This document shows, in pieces, positions 53,146-64,000 of a stretch of DNA of 64,000 bases. This stretch comes from Octopus sinensis. Lineage: Eukaryota. How positions within the stretch are numbered: the first letter of the stretch is position 1; each line of letters starts with the position of its first letter. The notes under the pieces were generated by a model that did no database searches, was not told the DNA's origin, and saw nothing but the letters and a program-made list of their open reading frames with translations. The position numbers and the translations under genes were made by a program. Location of the stretch: positions 2,170,001-2,234,000 of the forward strand of contig NC_042999.1 of NCBI RefSeq assembly GCF_006345805.1, given 5' to 3'.

Positions 53146-53307
53146 TCAAAATCTTGGATGCATCTTTGACAACACCTGCTCACACTTCTTGCGAGAGTTC
53201 TCTCTCATGCATCTTATTAACTTCTCAAACATGTCTCCGTACTGGGCACTCCGTCGGTTGCGACGAATGGTGTTCCAGTTGATACAATCAACGGAAATAC
53301 CCTGCAC
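53146..53307 (-). other. Unique protein-like open frame (VQGISVDCINWNTIRRNRRSAQYGDMFEKLIRCMRENSRKKCEQVLSKMHPRF*), possible exon or TE remnant
   Basis: Non-repetitive with raised GC, preceded by aaattacag. Two + frames are also open, so the strand is ambiguous. Confidence 0.2.
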
Positions 53308-53411
53308 CTGTAATTTATGTGCAATTGGCTGAGTACTCCGCAGACATGTGTGCTCTTAATGTAGATCTCAGGAAGATTCTGTGTGACAAATATGACCCTT
53401 TGAATTCCAAG

Positions 53412-54325
53412 TACAGTGATACCTTGCAGTACGAGTTTAATTCATTATATGATCATGCTCATTTTACGATTTACTCATTTTTTTTATATACCCAGGCCTA
53501 TTCCATATTTTTTAGGAGGGGGTAGCCACAACAAGACATGCGTCAGGCATTCCATTCATTTCCCAGCTCAAAGAGATAAGCCCCGTCCTATGCTCAGGTC
53601 AAGGCATAGAACGTGACCCACACTAATGGGAGTGGACACTAGAATGCAGTCGCTGTATTCCCTGCATGTCGTAAGAAGCGGCTAAAAGGGGTGGGAGCGA
53701 GGGGACTGGAAATCCACTCCTTCTAGAAATTTCTGCTCCTTTACTCATTTTACAAATCAATTTTCCTCATTGAAATTAACTAAAATATATGTTTCTTTAT
53801 TACCGGCAAGGGGCTAAACACAGAAGGGACAAACAAGGACAGACAAACGGATTAAGTCGATTACATCGACCCCAGTGCATAACTAATGCTTAATATATCG
53901 ACCCCAAAAGGATGAAAGGCAAAGTCGACCTTGGTGGAATTTGAACTCAGAACGTAACGGCAGACGAAATACGGCTACGCATTTCGCCCGGCGTGCTAAC
54001 GTTTCTGCCAGCTCGCCGCCTTCATTGAAATTAACTAAAATATAATTAATCCATTTCAGCCCCTCAAAGCCACTCAAAAATAATGTTTTATGGGTTTTAA
54101 AACAGAAAAGATGTACTTACTAGTAAAATGACAATCATAAAAAAGTGACTGCAAAAAAAAATATATAAACTGGTTTTATTAACTGAATTGCCATAAAGAT
54201 GGGACGATTTGTGTGCTCGTACTGCGGATTTCCTCTCGCACTTAGAGACAAAAATTCACACAAGTCTCGGCTCGTACAGCGAATTACTCGTACAATGGGC
54301 ACTCGTACTGTGAGGTTCTACTCTA
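53412..54325. mobile_element. Possible pogo/Tigger-like remnant defined by degenerate TIRs
   Basis: tacagtgataccttgcagtacgagt versus actcgtactgtgaggttctactcta, with a SINE inserted between them. Confidence 0.4.
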
Positions 54326-54816
54326 CAACTCATTTTTGACAGCTGAGAGGACTGGAGCAATGTGATATAAAGTACCTTGCTCAAGGACACAATGCACCAC
54401 AGATAATCGAACTCCGAACCTTAGGATCGTGAGTTGAATATATTACAAGACACATAAGAAGTGACAGACCAAATGAGAGAACCTCTGCATGGTTGCTCGA
54501 TATGTTAGGAATATTAACCAAATCTCCCTCAAATCATGACCCAACTACTTACAAAAAATTTAATTAGGCCCTATTAGATAAAGTAGTTTCTAGACACCTT
54601 TCTATCTTTTATTGTTGAACTTTTCTCAGCCATTGAACTACGGCCACCCTGGGACGCCGTCTAGAAGGGATTTCTCAAAACAGATGGACCCCAATGTTTC
54701 TTTTTGAAGTCTTTATACTTATTATATCAGTCTCTTAGTTACAGGGATGTAAACAAAGTAACACCGGTTGTCAAGCCATAGTGGGAAACAAGCAAAGACA
54801 AACACACACACACATA

Positions 54817-55222
54817 GGCGCAGGTGTGGCTGTGTGGTAAGTAGCTTGCTAACCAACCACATGGTTCCGGGTTCAGTCCCACTGCGTGGCATCTTGGGCA
54901 AGTGTCTTCTCCTATAGCCTCGGGCCCACCAATGCCTTGTGAGTGGATTTGGTAGACGGAAACTGAAAGAAGCCTGTCGTATATATGTATATATATATAT
55001 GGATGTGTGTGTGTGTTTGTGTGTCTGTGTTTGTCCCCCTAGCATTGCTTGACAACCGATGCTGGTGTGTTTACGTCCCCGTCACTTAGCGGTTCGGCAA
55101 AAGAGACCGATAGAATAAGTACTGGGCTTACAAAGAATAAGTCCCGGGGTCGATTTGCTCGACTAAAGGCGGTGCTCCAGCATGGCCGCAGTCAAATGAC
55201 TGAAACAAGTAAAAGAGTAAAA
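54817..55222 (+). mobile_element. SINE family A, full length and well preserved, preceded by an inverted tail fragment (54725-54815)
   Basis: Intact A box and B box (ggttcagtcc), CpG-rich. Confidence 0.9.
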
Positions 55223-57200
55223 GAGAGTACACAGAAATATGCTCACAAAGAGAGGTGGAAGGAGAGAGAAGAGGGAGAAGAGAGGGAGAGAGAGAAGTGG
55301 GGAGAGAAGCAGAGAAACAAAATGAGAGAAACAATGAAACAGTTGATATCAAATAAGTCAGTGTCGAATTAGTGGCGCTAAGCAAGTGGCGCCAAAACAG
55401 CTGTGCCATAAAATCTCTCACTCACCACAGGAATTTGAATTTTGGCCATTAGATTTATGCATCATTGGCCAGGGGTTGTTAATGCTCTTTCGACTTTATT
55501 ATGTTTTGTTTGTGTTTATTTTCACTCTGTTTCCATCGTTCCATGTCTATTTCGGTGGGGATTTATTTTGGGGGTTGTTTGTAAGCAGAATTTGATATGA
55601 TCTCGATTGCTTTTGCCATTGGAAAGTTTGCAAATAGCCTCATAACTTTTGAAAAATTTTATTGTACGTACTTGTCGTTCGATCAAAAAAACTAACACAG
55701 TATAAACAAACAAACAAACAAACAAACAAAAAATGTGTTAGAATTCCCAAAGTAAAACGAAACGATCGAACGACAAATACACACAGCAACTCAGGATGTA
55801 GAAAATATACAAACGGAAATTCTAAAGATAAAATAAGAGATCGATAAATCAGTAAGAACCATCTTATTTAGTAACATATACCTAACTCTTGATAATACAG
55901 ACATCTTAATCATGATAAATTAGACATAACAACATAAATAAAACAAAACCTCTGTGTATAACATAATCTCCATAGAAACGTGGAATGATTCTAGCTGTGA
56001 TATTTTGCCTCAGAGAAACTTCTCAAAGAGATGCACATGTTTAGAACACAGTGCCAGTGGCACAGCTAGGTGGTCCGTCACAGGTGGCACTTATGGCTCT
56101 GTAGTATAAGCTTCTATTCTTTACTAATATTTCATCGGTTATGATTATAAATGTTCCATAGGCGTAGAAGTGGCTGTGTGGTGAGCATCTTGCTTACCAG
56201 CCACGTGGTTCCGGGTTCAGTCCCACTGCGTGGCAGCTTGGGCAAGTGCCTTCTACTATAGCCTCGAGCCGACCAAAGCCTTGTGAGTGGATTTGGTAGA
56301 CAGAAACTGAAAGAAGCCCGTCGTATATTGGGATTGCACTTATAAACTTACCTAGCAAGGCAAAGACTGAACAATGGGTGTTTATGGAGACGTCCAAGCA
56401 CACCAGCCTTTTCTGGAGACGTCCAAGCACACCAGCCTTCTCTCTCCACACCATTGCTGTTATCCAAGGGAAAGGCAAAGGGGCCGATACAGCTTGACAC
56501 GAGTGATTTTGCAACTCATTTCTACAGCTGAGTGAACTGGAACAACATGAAATAAAGTGTCTCGCTCAAGAACACTACACACAGCTCCACCTGGAATTCG
56601 AACTCACTACCTCGTGATTGTGAGCCTGATGCTCCAACCACTGAGCCATGCGCCTTCATATTAGAATCAAAGATAAAGACGAGTATATTTATTTCTTTAT
56701 TGCCCACAGTGGGATAAACTCAGAGGGGGACAAACAATGACAGACAAAGGGATTAAGTCGATTACATCGACCCCAGTGCATAACTGGTACTTATTTAATC
56801 TACCCTGACAGGATGAAAGGCAAAGTCGACCTTGGCCGAATTTGAACTCAGAACACAATAGTAGACGAAATACCGCTACGTATTTTACCTGCAGTACTAA
56901 TGATTCTGCCAGCTCGCCGCCCTGTTAAAGACGAGTATATTGCAAACATAAAGTGCTCAATCCAAGACAAGAGCATATTTATAAGGATTCTGAAATATAA
57001 AAACAGCCAATAAAATGCTAAACTTAAAATAATTACGGTGATAAATAAGCACACAGAGAAGTCTTATTTCAGAGATGAGGAATTATGTACATTATTTACA
57101 TTTGACGGATATTTGTCCTCATCTTGTTTGTTGTTAACATAATGTTTCAGCTGATATATTCTCCAGCCTTCATCAGGTGTCTTGGAGGAAATATGCCCAA

Positions 57201-57450
57201 GGACATATGGCGTAATGGTTAAGAGCGTGGGCTACTAACCCCAAAATTCTGAGTTTGATTCCAGGCAGTGACCTGAATAATAATAATAATAATAACATCG
57301 AAAAATACCGTAGGAATGAGAACCCAGGTTTGAAATTTCTCCAAGATACCTGATGAAGGCTAGAGGGTATATCAGCCGAAACGTTGTGTTAACAACAAAC
57401 AAGATGAGGACAAACATCCGTCAAATGTAAACGATGTAAATAACGTAAAT
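57201..57450 (+). mobile_element. tRNA-headed SINE with a hammerhead-bearing Penelope-like tail
   Basis: A box TGGCGTAATGG, B box GTTTGATTCC, (TAA)n spacer, then the hammerhead motif. An inverted copy of the tail lies at 57060-57190. Confidence 0.75.
57345..57390 (+). ncRNA. Minimal type I hammerhead ribozyme motif
   Basis: GAUAC-CUGAUGA-A-GGCU(12 nt)AGCC-GAAAC-GUU^GUGUU. Stem I is 5 bp including wobbles, and AACGUU is a palindrome. Confidence 0.7.
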
Positions 57451-58682
57451 AATGGAGTCTTATCTCTTGTGTATTCAGAAATCCACTTCTGCGTTTATCT
57501 GCAGAACAGTAAAAGTACACAAACAAAACAATCCCAGGTCAATAATATTTTAAATAAATATATCTGTACACAAGATCGTTGAACGATTAGAGAACATTAT
57601 TAAATGATGCACGTGTTAGAAAAGCTACAACATGCTGTCATACGAAGAGATTCAAGCAAAATAGTGTAATATTTCTACTAGAAGCATAGAAAATCTAGCA
57701 GGTCTGTTTATGAATGTTTCATGTGCAGAAATAATTGGTATTATATTACATGTTATATACAAACAACACAAAACAAACCACCCATAATATCAGCTAACAT
57801 TCTGAAGAAATAATTAGTTAACCATAACACCAGAAGTAATTGTCGTTGTCCACAGCGTAACTCATATTAGCACGTTGATGGAATAGTCATGTGTTCTCCC
57901 TTAGGACACACGTTTGCAGTGTTCTACACAAATACAATAGAAATTGCCGAGGTACTAAGACATTTAAGAATATACTCGTAATGGACACAATGGAAGGTAT
58001 AGAGTAATTAAAGAAAGATCTATAATGCAAGATGTCGATATTAAAATTCCAATCTTACACACACACACACACACACACATACATTCAGGTTGAGAGTAAC
58101 AAATGCATCACGTCCATAAGAATCACAAATGTATATAATAACATGGAGATAGCAAACGTCTATACTGATACACAATATCAATGGTAAAATCACTACTGAG
58201 AAAAGCATTCAGATTCTTCTCTACAAACAGAGCAATGAATAGAAAATTCATTGAATAAAATTAAAACTAATTATTAGCGGTACTCTAATAAGCTAATAAA
58301 TCATGACTTAGAGCACTAAAAATACAAGTACAAGGCAAAAATAAATCAAACAAAGCATGTGTTAAAAAAATACATTAGTAAGACAGAATATACTGTATGA
58401 CTGAGATGCTCACTCACTATGGAATTAACTCATTTCAAAGACTTTGTAAAACTGGACAAAAAAAAAGGCATTACAATAAGCAATAAATTAACATTTATAT
58501 CATTGTACAGTGGAGGCATGTAACCTAGTGGTTAGGGTGTTGGACACATGATTGTAAGATTGTGGTTTTGATTCCTGCACTGGGTAATACGTTGTGTTCT
58601 TGAGCAAAACACTTCATTTCACTCAGTCCACTCAGCTGGCAAAATTGAATAATCCTGCGATGGACCAGCATCCTGTCCAGGT

Positions 58683-58736
<54 letters not shown>

Positions 58737-59659
58737 CAGCATGGAAACCAGGAGAACCGGACCCATGAGCCTACATGGCTTGGGAAGGAACTTTGCTTAC
58801 TTTATTATTCTACAGAAACAAGATGGTGAGCTGGCACCATCGTTGCTTCACTGAACGTTCTGAGTCTAACTACTACAAGAGTCGACTTTGCCGTTTATCT
58901 TTTCTGAGGTCGATAAAATAAGTATCATTTAAGCATTGGGGTCGATTTAATTGACTTATCCCTACCCCACAAAATTGCTGACCTTATGCCAAAATTTGAA
59001 ACCAATACCATTCTACAGAAACTTCATAATCATAATTGGAAACCTTATTATCAATTAAAGCAAGTCGGCAGAATCGTTTTTGCATCGGGGGGAAATGCTT
59101 TACGACATTTCTTATGGTTTTTACCATGCTGAGTTCAAATAGCACTGAAATCAGCTTTGCCTTTTATTTCCCTGGGGGTCAATGAAATAAAGAGTCAGTC
59201 AAGTGCTGGAGTCGATTGGAATTGACTAATCCATTCTCCTCAAAATTGCTGATCATGTGCTTAAAGGCAGAACCATTTAAAATAGTGAATAAGTTATTAA
59301 AGATCATTGTAATACATAAATACGATGACAAACGGCAAAGTTGTAAACTTCATGACTACAACTGTTATATTGTTCATGCAAGTATGACTCTCTTTCCAAC
59401 TTCGTTACTATACACCTTGAAAAGAAAATTCCAAAGCACTACACATGACGAAATAAAACTAGATAAGATGGCATTAATAGACAATGGTATGCCAAAGTTG
59501 TCAGTGCAGCTCAATACAACCCTTGGACCGATCATACCCTATCAAACCATCCAACTCATGCCAGCATGGAACAAGGACAATAAAAGATGATGATGATGAC
59601 ATACACACTCGCATACATACATACATACATACATACATACATACATACATACATACATC

Positions 59660-60340
59660 TTCTATATCCATACTACGAATTCATATTCATACCAATAATA
59701 ATTGTAGCACTAGGTTTTGTTAGTAAAAGCTTAGAGGAGAATCTGGAAAAACTGGGATTTTCAGAAGGAGAAATTGACCGGTTAATTCGTACAGTACAAG
59801 TGCAATCTGTGAGTGGAACAGTAAAAATATACAAGATTTTTCTCAAGTTCCAAATGTGAATTTGTCTGAGTTTACTACATCCTAAAGATAGAGCCTTGTA
59901 TCTTTGTTGGAAACCAGCTCTCTCCTCTGTGGAAGATTTATAATAATTAAAAAATAGAAGAGATATACATACATACATACATACATACATACATACATAC
60001 ATACATACTTATAATAATTAAAAAATAGAAGAGATATACATACATACATACATACATACATACATACATACATACATACTTATAATAATTAAAAAATAGA
60101 AGAGATATACATACATACATACATACATACATACATACATACATACATACACAAAAACCTAGAAATACTTGGTTTCACGGAAAAAGAGCAGAAGAAACTG
60201 ATACGGTTTCTCCAAATCCAATCTATTTGTAGCACAGTGAATATTTGTAAGACATCCTCCACTTGAGAGCATTTGAATAGATGCACACACTTGGGTGTTT
60301 GCACCGACAGTTCAAGCAACACACCAGCTTAACCACAAAT
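59660..60340 (+). mobile_element. Two R4/Dong-like non-LTR 3' ends separated by (CATA)n-containing tandem repeats
   Basis: PIIIVALGFVSKSLEENLEKLG...VQSVSGTVKIYKIFL* and KNLEILGF...QIQSICSTVNICK resemble the C-terminus of restriction-like-endonuclease retroelements. A third piece lies at 21545-21650 (-). Confidence 0.65.
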
Positions 60341-61499
60341 TTATAAACACTAGAAACTCTGAATTCAAAAAGTCTTGTCGTTTTGTTAGCAACCATCTTG
60401 AACTCTCTTAAGAGCTTAAATTAAACTCAAAGAAAACCATGCATATACACACACATATATATGTATATATACACGTGTATGTGTGTGTATCAAGATTTTT
60501 TTGAACATCTTGCTATACTTCTTTGAGATTGTAAACAACAAAGTGCAAATGCTTCTATTTAAAAAAATACGGTGACGGTGTTGGTTGAGAAGAAACAAAG
60601 CTTTGTCGTGTGTCAATTTTAATGCTGAACATTCTAATTCCATTGTCAAACACAGTTTGAAGATATTTTCAACAACAATTCACTTTTACTTGCAGTGTAT
60701 ACAATATAAATTTCAGCCCCAAGGTTAAATTTGTCGCATTATAGAAAATCACATGTTTACCTTTGCATCAAAAATTCTTAATCAATTTTCTATTGAGGTC
60801 GTCATCTTGGTACTTTAACATTGATAATTAAACTGATATGACCTTCTTCCTCATTATGCTCTTATTAGCAGTGATATATAAATAGTTGATGCTCTGACTT
60901 TTTAACATTGCACACGGCACAATACACTCTTTTAAATACGCGTTGACATTTTCTATTGTAGTATTATAGTGTTTTGGATATGCTTCGAGTTGCGTATACA
61001 GATATGTCAGTCAGAATGGAAACTTCCTTACCTGTAGAGTATTAAGGGTGGATCAAGTGATTATCTTCATCATCATCATCATCATCTTCGGCATTGCCGT
61101 CGTCGTAATCATCGCCTTTGTTGTCATCATCATTATTCTCGTCATCACCTTTGCTGTCATTGTCGTCATCATAATTGCTGCCCTCATCATCATCGTCATC
61201 ATCGTCGTCATCATAATCATTACCGTTGTCATTGTTGTCGCCATCATTATCACTATCATCTTCATCACCATCATCATCACAATCGCTGTCATCGTCATCA
61301 TTATTCTCATCACTGTCATGGTTGTCGTCATTGTCGCCACCCACCACCGCTTTCGCCATCATCATCATCATTATTGTCACCACCACCATCATTGTCATCG
61401 TCACCATCATCATCGTCATCATCATCTTCATCTTGATCTTCGACAAAGTCATGCAGTTCTTCTTCTTCTTCTTCTTCTTTTTCATTGTCATCATCATCA

Positions 61500-61790
61500 T
61501 CATTATGAACAGCATCAACAGGCTTGCAGCAGCATTGCTTTCCATCCATTTTTCTTTGCCTCACATTGATCGGTCGATTCTTCCCCAGCAACCATCTCTT
61601 GCAAATTCAGCCCCCTGAGATCCCTCTTTACCGATTCTTCCCATGTTATATTTAGATCACTTCTTCTGCAAGTTCCTGCCACTTGACTCATCTCATTTTA
61701 CACCATTATTCTTTTCATCCAGCCATCAACCGCACCCTGTGTATATCACTTCTCCATAGAAGCTCACTTTTATATATACGATGGTGTTAC
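61500..61790 (-). mobile_element. RTE-like LINE 3' fragment running into a long (GAT)n array
   Basis: ITWEESVKRDLRGLNL-type motif on the - strand. Confidence 0.55.
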
Positions 61791-62077
61791 TTTGCTGACA
61801 AAACAAGAAGTGCACTAGGGTGTTTGGAAAGTGTGGAAGCCTAAGAAATAATGAATTAAATGAGCATGCAATAAAAAAGATTCTGACGCTGAGCAAAGGA
61901 CAGGTTGTATGATGCTTGTTTACGAAGTAAAACGTTTCACGGAAACGAAGTAGCGAAGCATGAGAATTAGAGCCGAATTTTCAAACATTGCAAAGGAATG
62001 AGTTAAGTATGTTCCACTAGAACATGCTATCTTTCTCTCTCTCTATCTCTCACTCTCTCTCTTTTCTCCTACATCCC

Positions 62078-62127
<50 letters not shown>

Positions 62128-62131
<4 letters not shown>

Positions 62132-63070
62132 TACTTTGCCACATACTGAACTCATTAGAAATAGCAGCTAAAAAAATTTTTTTTTAACTATTTCTAATAC
62201 TTAAAGAAAATCTCTCTCATATAGTGTTTGCTCAAGTCAACTCACGAAAGTATGAGGGTAAAAACATTAAAACATCACAAATGCAAAGGTTATTTGAGAA
62301 CGTACGTTTCTAGATTAGTCAAATCGACATTCCTTTCGTCAGCTCAGAATTCCTTGGTTCGGATTTGGGAACACTGAAAGCGGGAGCATACCCTTTTAGC
62401 TTCCTATCACTTCTGAAGATCTGCTCGGACTATCAGTGTTAGCAAATTCAAAATATGCAAGCGAAGAATTTCTGCTCTCCCCTTTCCACCAGCGTGGGTT
62501 AAAATTAGTAAACACTTTGTTTTATCGGTAACGACCGAAGCATTAAATAGAGAGAAATGAATTATAATTTCAACAATTGAGGGTAAAATTAATTAATTAT
62601 TAATCAATTTTACCAAGTATTCAGTATGTAAAGGGACCATTTAAGGCGAATTCAATTATTACATTATATAAAAGGGCTTAGTAAAATAAATTACTTTGCC
62701 ACATACTGAACTCATTAGAAATAGCAGCTAAAAAAAATTTTTTTTAACTATTTCTAATACTTAAAGAAAATCTCGTTCTCAAATAACCTTTGCATTTGTG
62801 ATGTTTTAATGTTTTTACCCTCATACTTTCGTGAGTTGACTTGAGCAAACACTATATGAGAGAGATTTTCTTTAAGTATTAGAAATAGTTTAAAAAAAAT
62901 TTTTTTAGCTGCTATTTCTAATGAGTTTAGTATGTGGCAAAGTAATTTATTTTACTAAGCCCTTTTATATAATGTAATAATTTGAATTCGCCTTAAATGG
63001 TCCCTTTACATACTGAATACTTGGTAAAATTGATTAATAATTAATTAATTTTACCCTCAATTGTTGAAAT
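62128..63070. repeat. Nested direct plus inverted repeat between two (TA)n tracts
   Basis: 62567-62774 is inverted at 62862-63070; 62128-62302 is inverted at 62774-62948 and partly repeated directly at 62690-62774. Confidence 0.92.
62295..62346 (-). ncRNA. Minimal type I hammerhead motif with intact core
   Basis: UGAG-CUGACGA-(imperfect stem II)-GAAAC-GUAC-GUU^CUCA, with a 10-nt palindrome AACGUACGUU. Confidence 0.65.
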
Positions 63071-63089
63071 ATATATATATATATATATA

Positions 63090-63390
63090 TACAGTTCTAT
63101 ATTTAAGAGATGAGGAATTATGCACATTATTTACATTTCATGGATATTTGTCCTCGTCTTGCTTGTTGTTAACACAACGTTTTGGCTGATATACCCTCCA
63201 GCCTTCATCAGGTGTCTTGGGGAAATTTCGAACCTGGGTTCTCATTCCTAAGGTATTTTTCAGTATTATTATTATCATTATTATTATTATTGTTGTTGCT
63301 GTTGTTGTTGTTATTATTCAGGTCACTCCTTTGGAATCGAACTTGGAATCTTGGGGTCAGTAGCCCACACTCTTAACCACTACACCATAT
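63090..63390 (-). mobile_element. Second copy of the tRNA-hammerhead SINE
   Basis: A box TGGTGTAGTGG, B box GTTCGATTCC, same body and tail as the 57201 copy. Confidence 0.78.
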
Positions 63391-64000
63391 ATATATATAT
63401 ATACATAACAGTTTAGCTAGGTCTAAAATACACCCAGGGCTGTAATTTATGAAATGTGTAATTTGTTTGTATAAAATATTTAAATTGAATTGAATTTATA
63501 ATTATTCAATTTATTGTTTTGCCCTTTCTGAGTTACATTTATATATTATCAGTCCGGGCAAAATACTCCATAAGCTCTCCGTTGGCACCCAAGGCTAACA
63601 GTATTGTTTAAGTTAATGAAGAACTCCAAGCATTCTTATGTCAGGATCTGAGGTTCTGGTTCATTACAATTCAATACTGTAAATCCGTGGTTGGACTCCA
63701 ATCAAACTGGTTTTTACACAGATTGATATATAAGACAAGATATGACTTATGATCATCTGCTGTTTCCAGGAGTCATTATAGGTATATTATTAACAGCTTC
63801 AATCTGTTGATCTGATGAAAGTAGCATTGATATTCTTACATCGTTCAACTATTCTCAACTGATTAATAGAGCAATTGAGTAAAGCTATCTGTGACATACC
63901 TGCAATGGCTACTGGAAACAGCTGTAAGCCATTTTTAGTCTAATAAAGGAAAAATATGTAATGAACTTTATTTATACCTTGTGTGCGTGCGTGTGTGTGT

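Noticed and set aside
53032-53332. + strand exon reading after a strong polypyrimidine acceptor (LSLQRLWQK... or GCRCSVCGK...)
   Set aside because: Two + frames and one - frame are open, no clear donor exists, and it lies beyond the putative poly(A) site of the + gene.
57201-57275. Possible tRNA gene (also the heads of SINE families A and B)
   Set aside because: The acceptor stem is poorly paired and the sequence continues into a repeated body, so these are SINE heads.
1-64000. Most ORFs in the supplied track ([12 protein letters not shown], poly-D/M/I/L/S/E/K)
   Set aside because: They are translations of (TA)n, (CA)n, (CATA)n, (GAT)n and (CTT)n microsatellites or of SINE sequence.

Overview
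AT-rich, microsatellite-saturated eukaryotic DNA. The SINE families and repeat content point to an octopus or other coleoid cephalopod (inference). Almost all listed ORFs are translation noise from simple repeats. Real content: (1) the 3' part of a spliced + strand gene, rebuilt by hand from splice sites (exons 606-673, 2384-2460, 18230-18281, 18347-18439, 37599-37694; phases all compatible; predicted membrane protein, family not recognised); (2) weaker candidate exons of a convergent - strand gene (45.4-53.3 kb); (3) many mobile elements: two tRNA-SINE families, CR1/Jockey-group and RTE LINEs, R4/Dong-like 3' ends, Helitron Rep and helicase remnants, three non-autonomous Helitrons with recognisable termini, and mariner/pogo remnants. 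The main finding is a set of at least seven unrelated short elements, mostly beside (TA)n tracts, each carrying a minimal type I hammerhead-ribozyme fold of the Penelope-like-element kind with a palindromic stem/loop III. They include a G3:C8 compensatory core swap, a tRNA-headed SINE with a hammerhead tail, and fold-back copies. All folding and alignment was done by eye and nothing was tested for activity.
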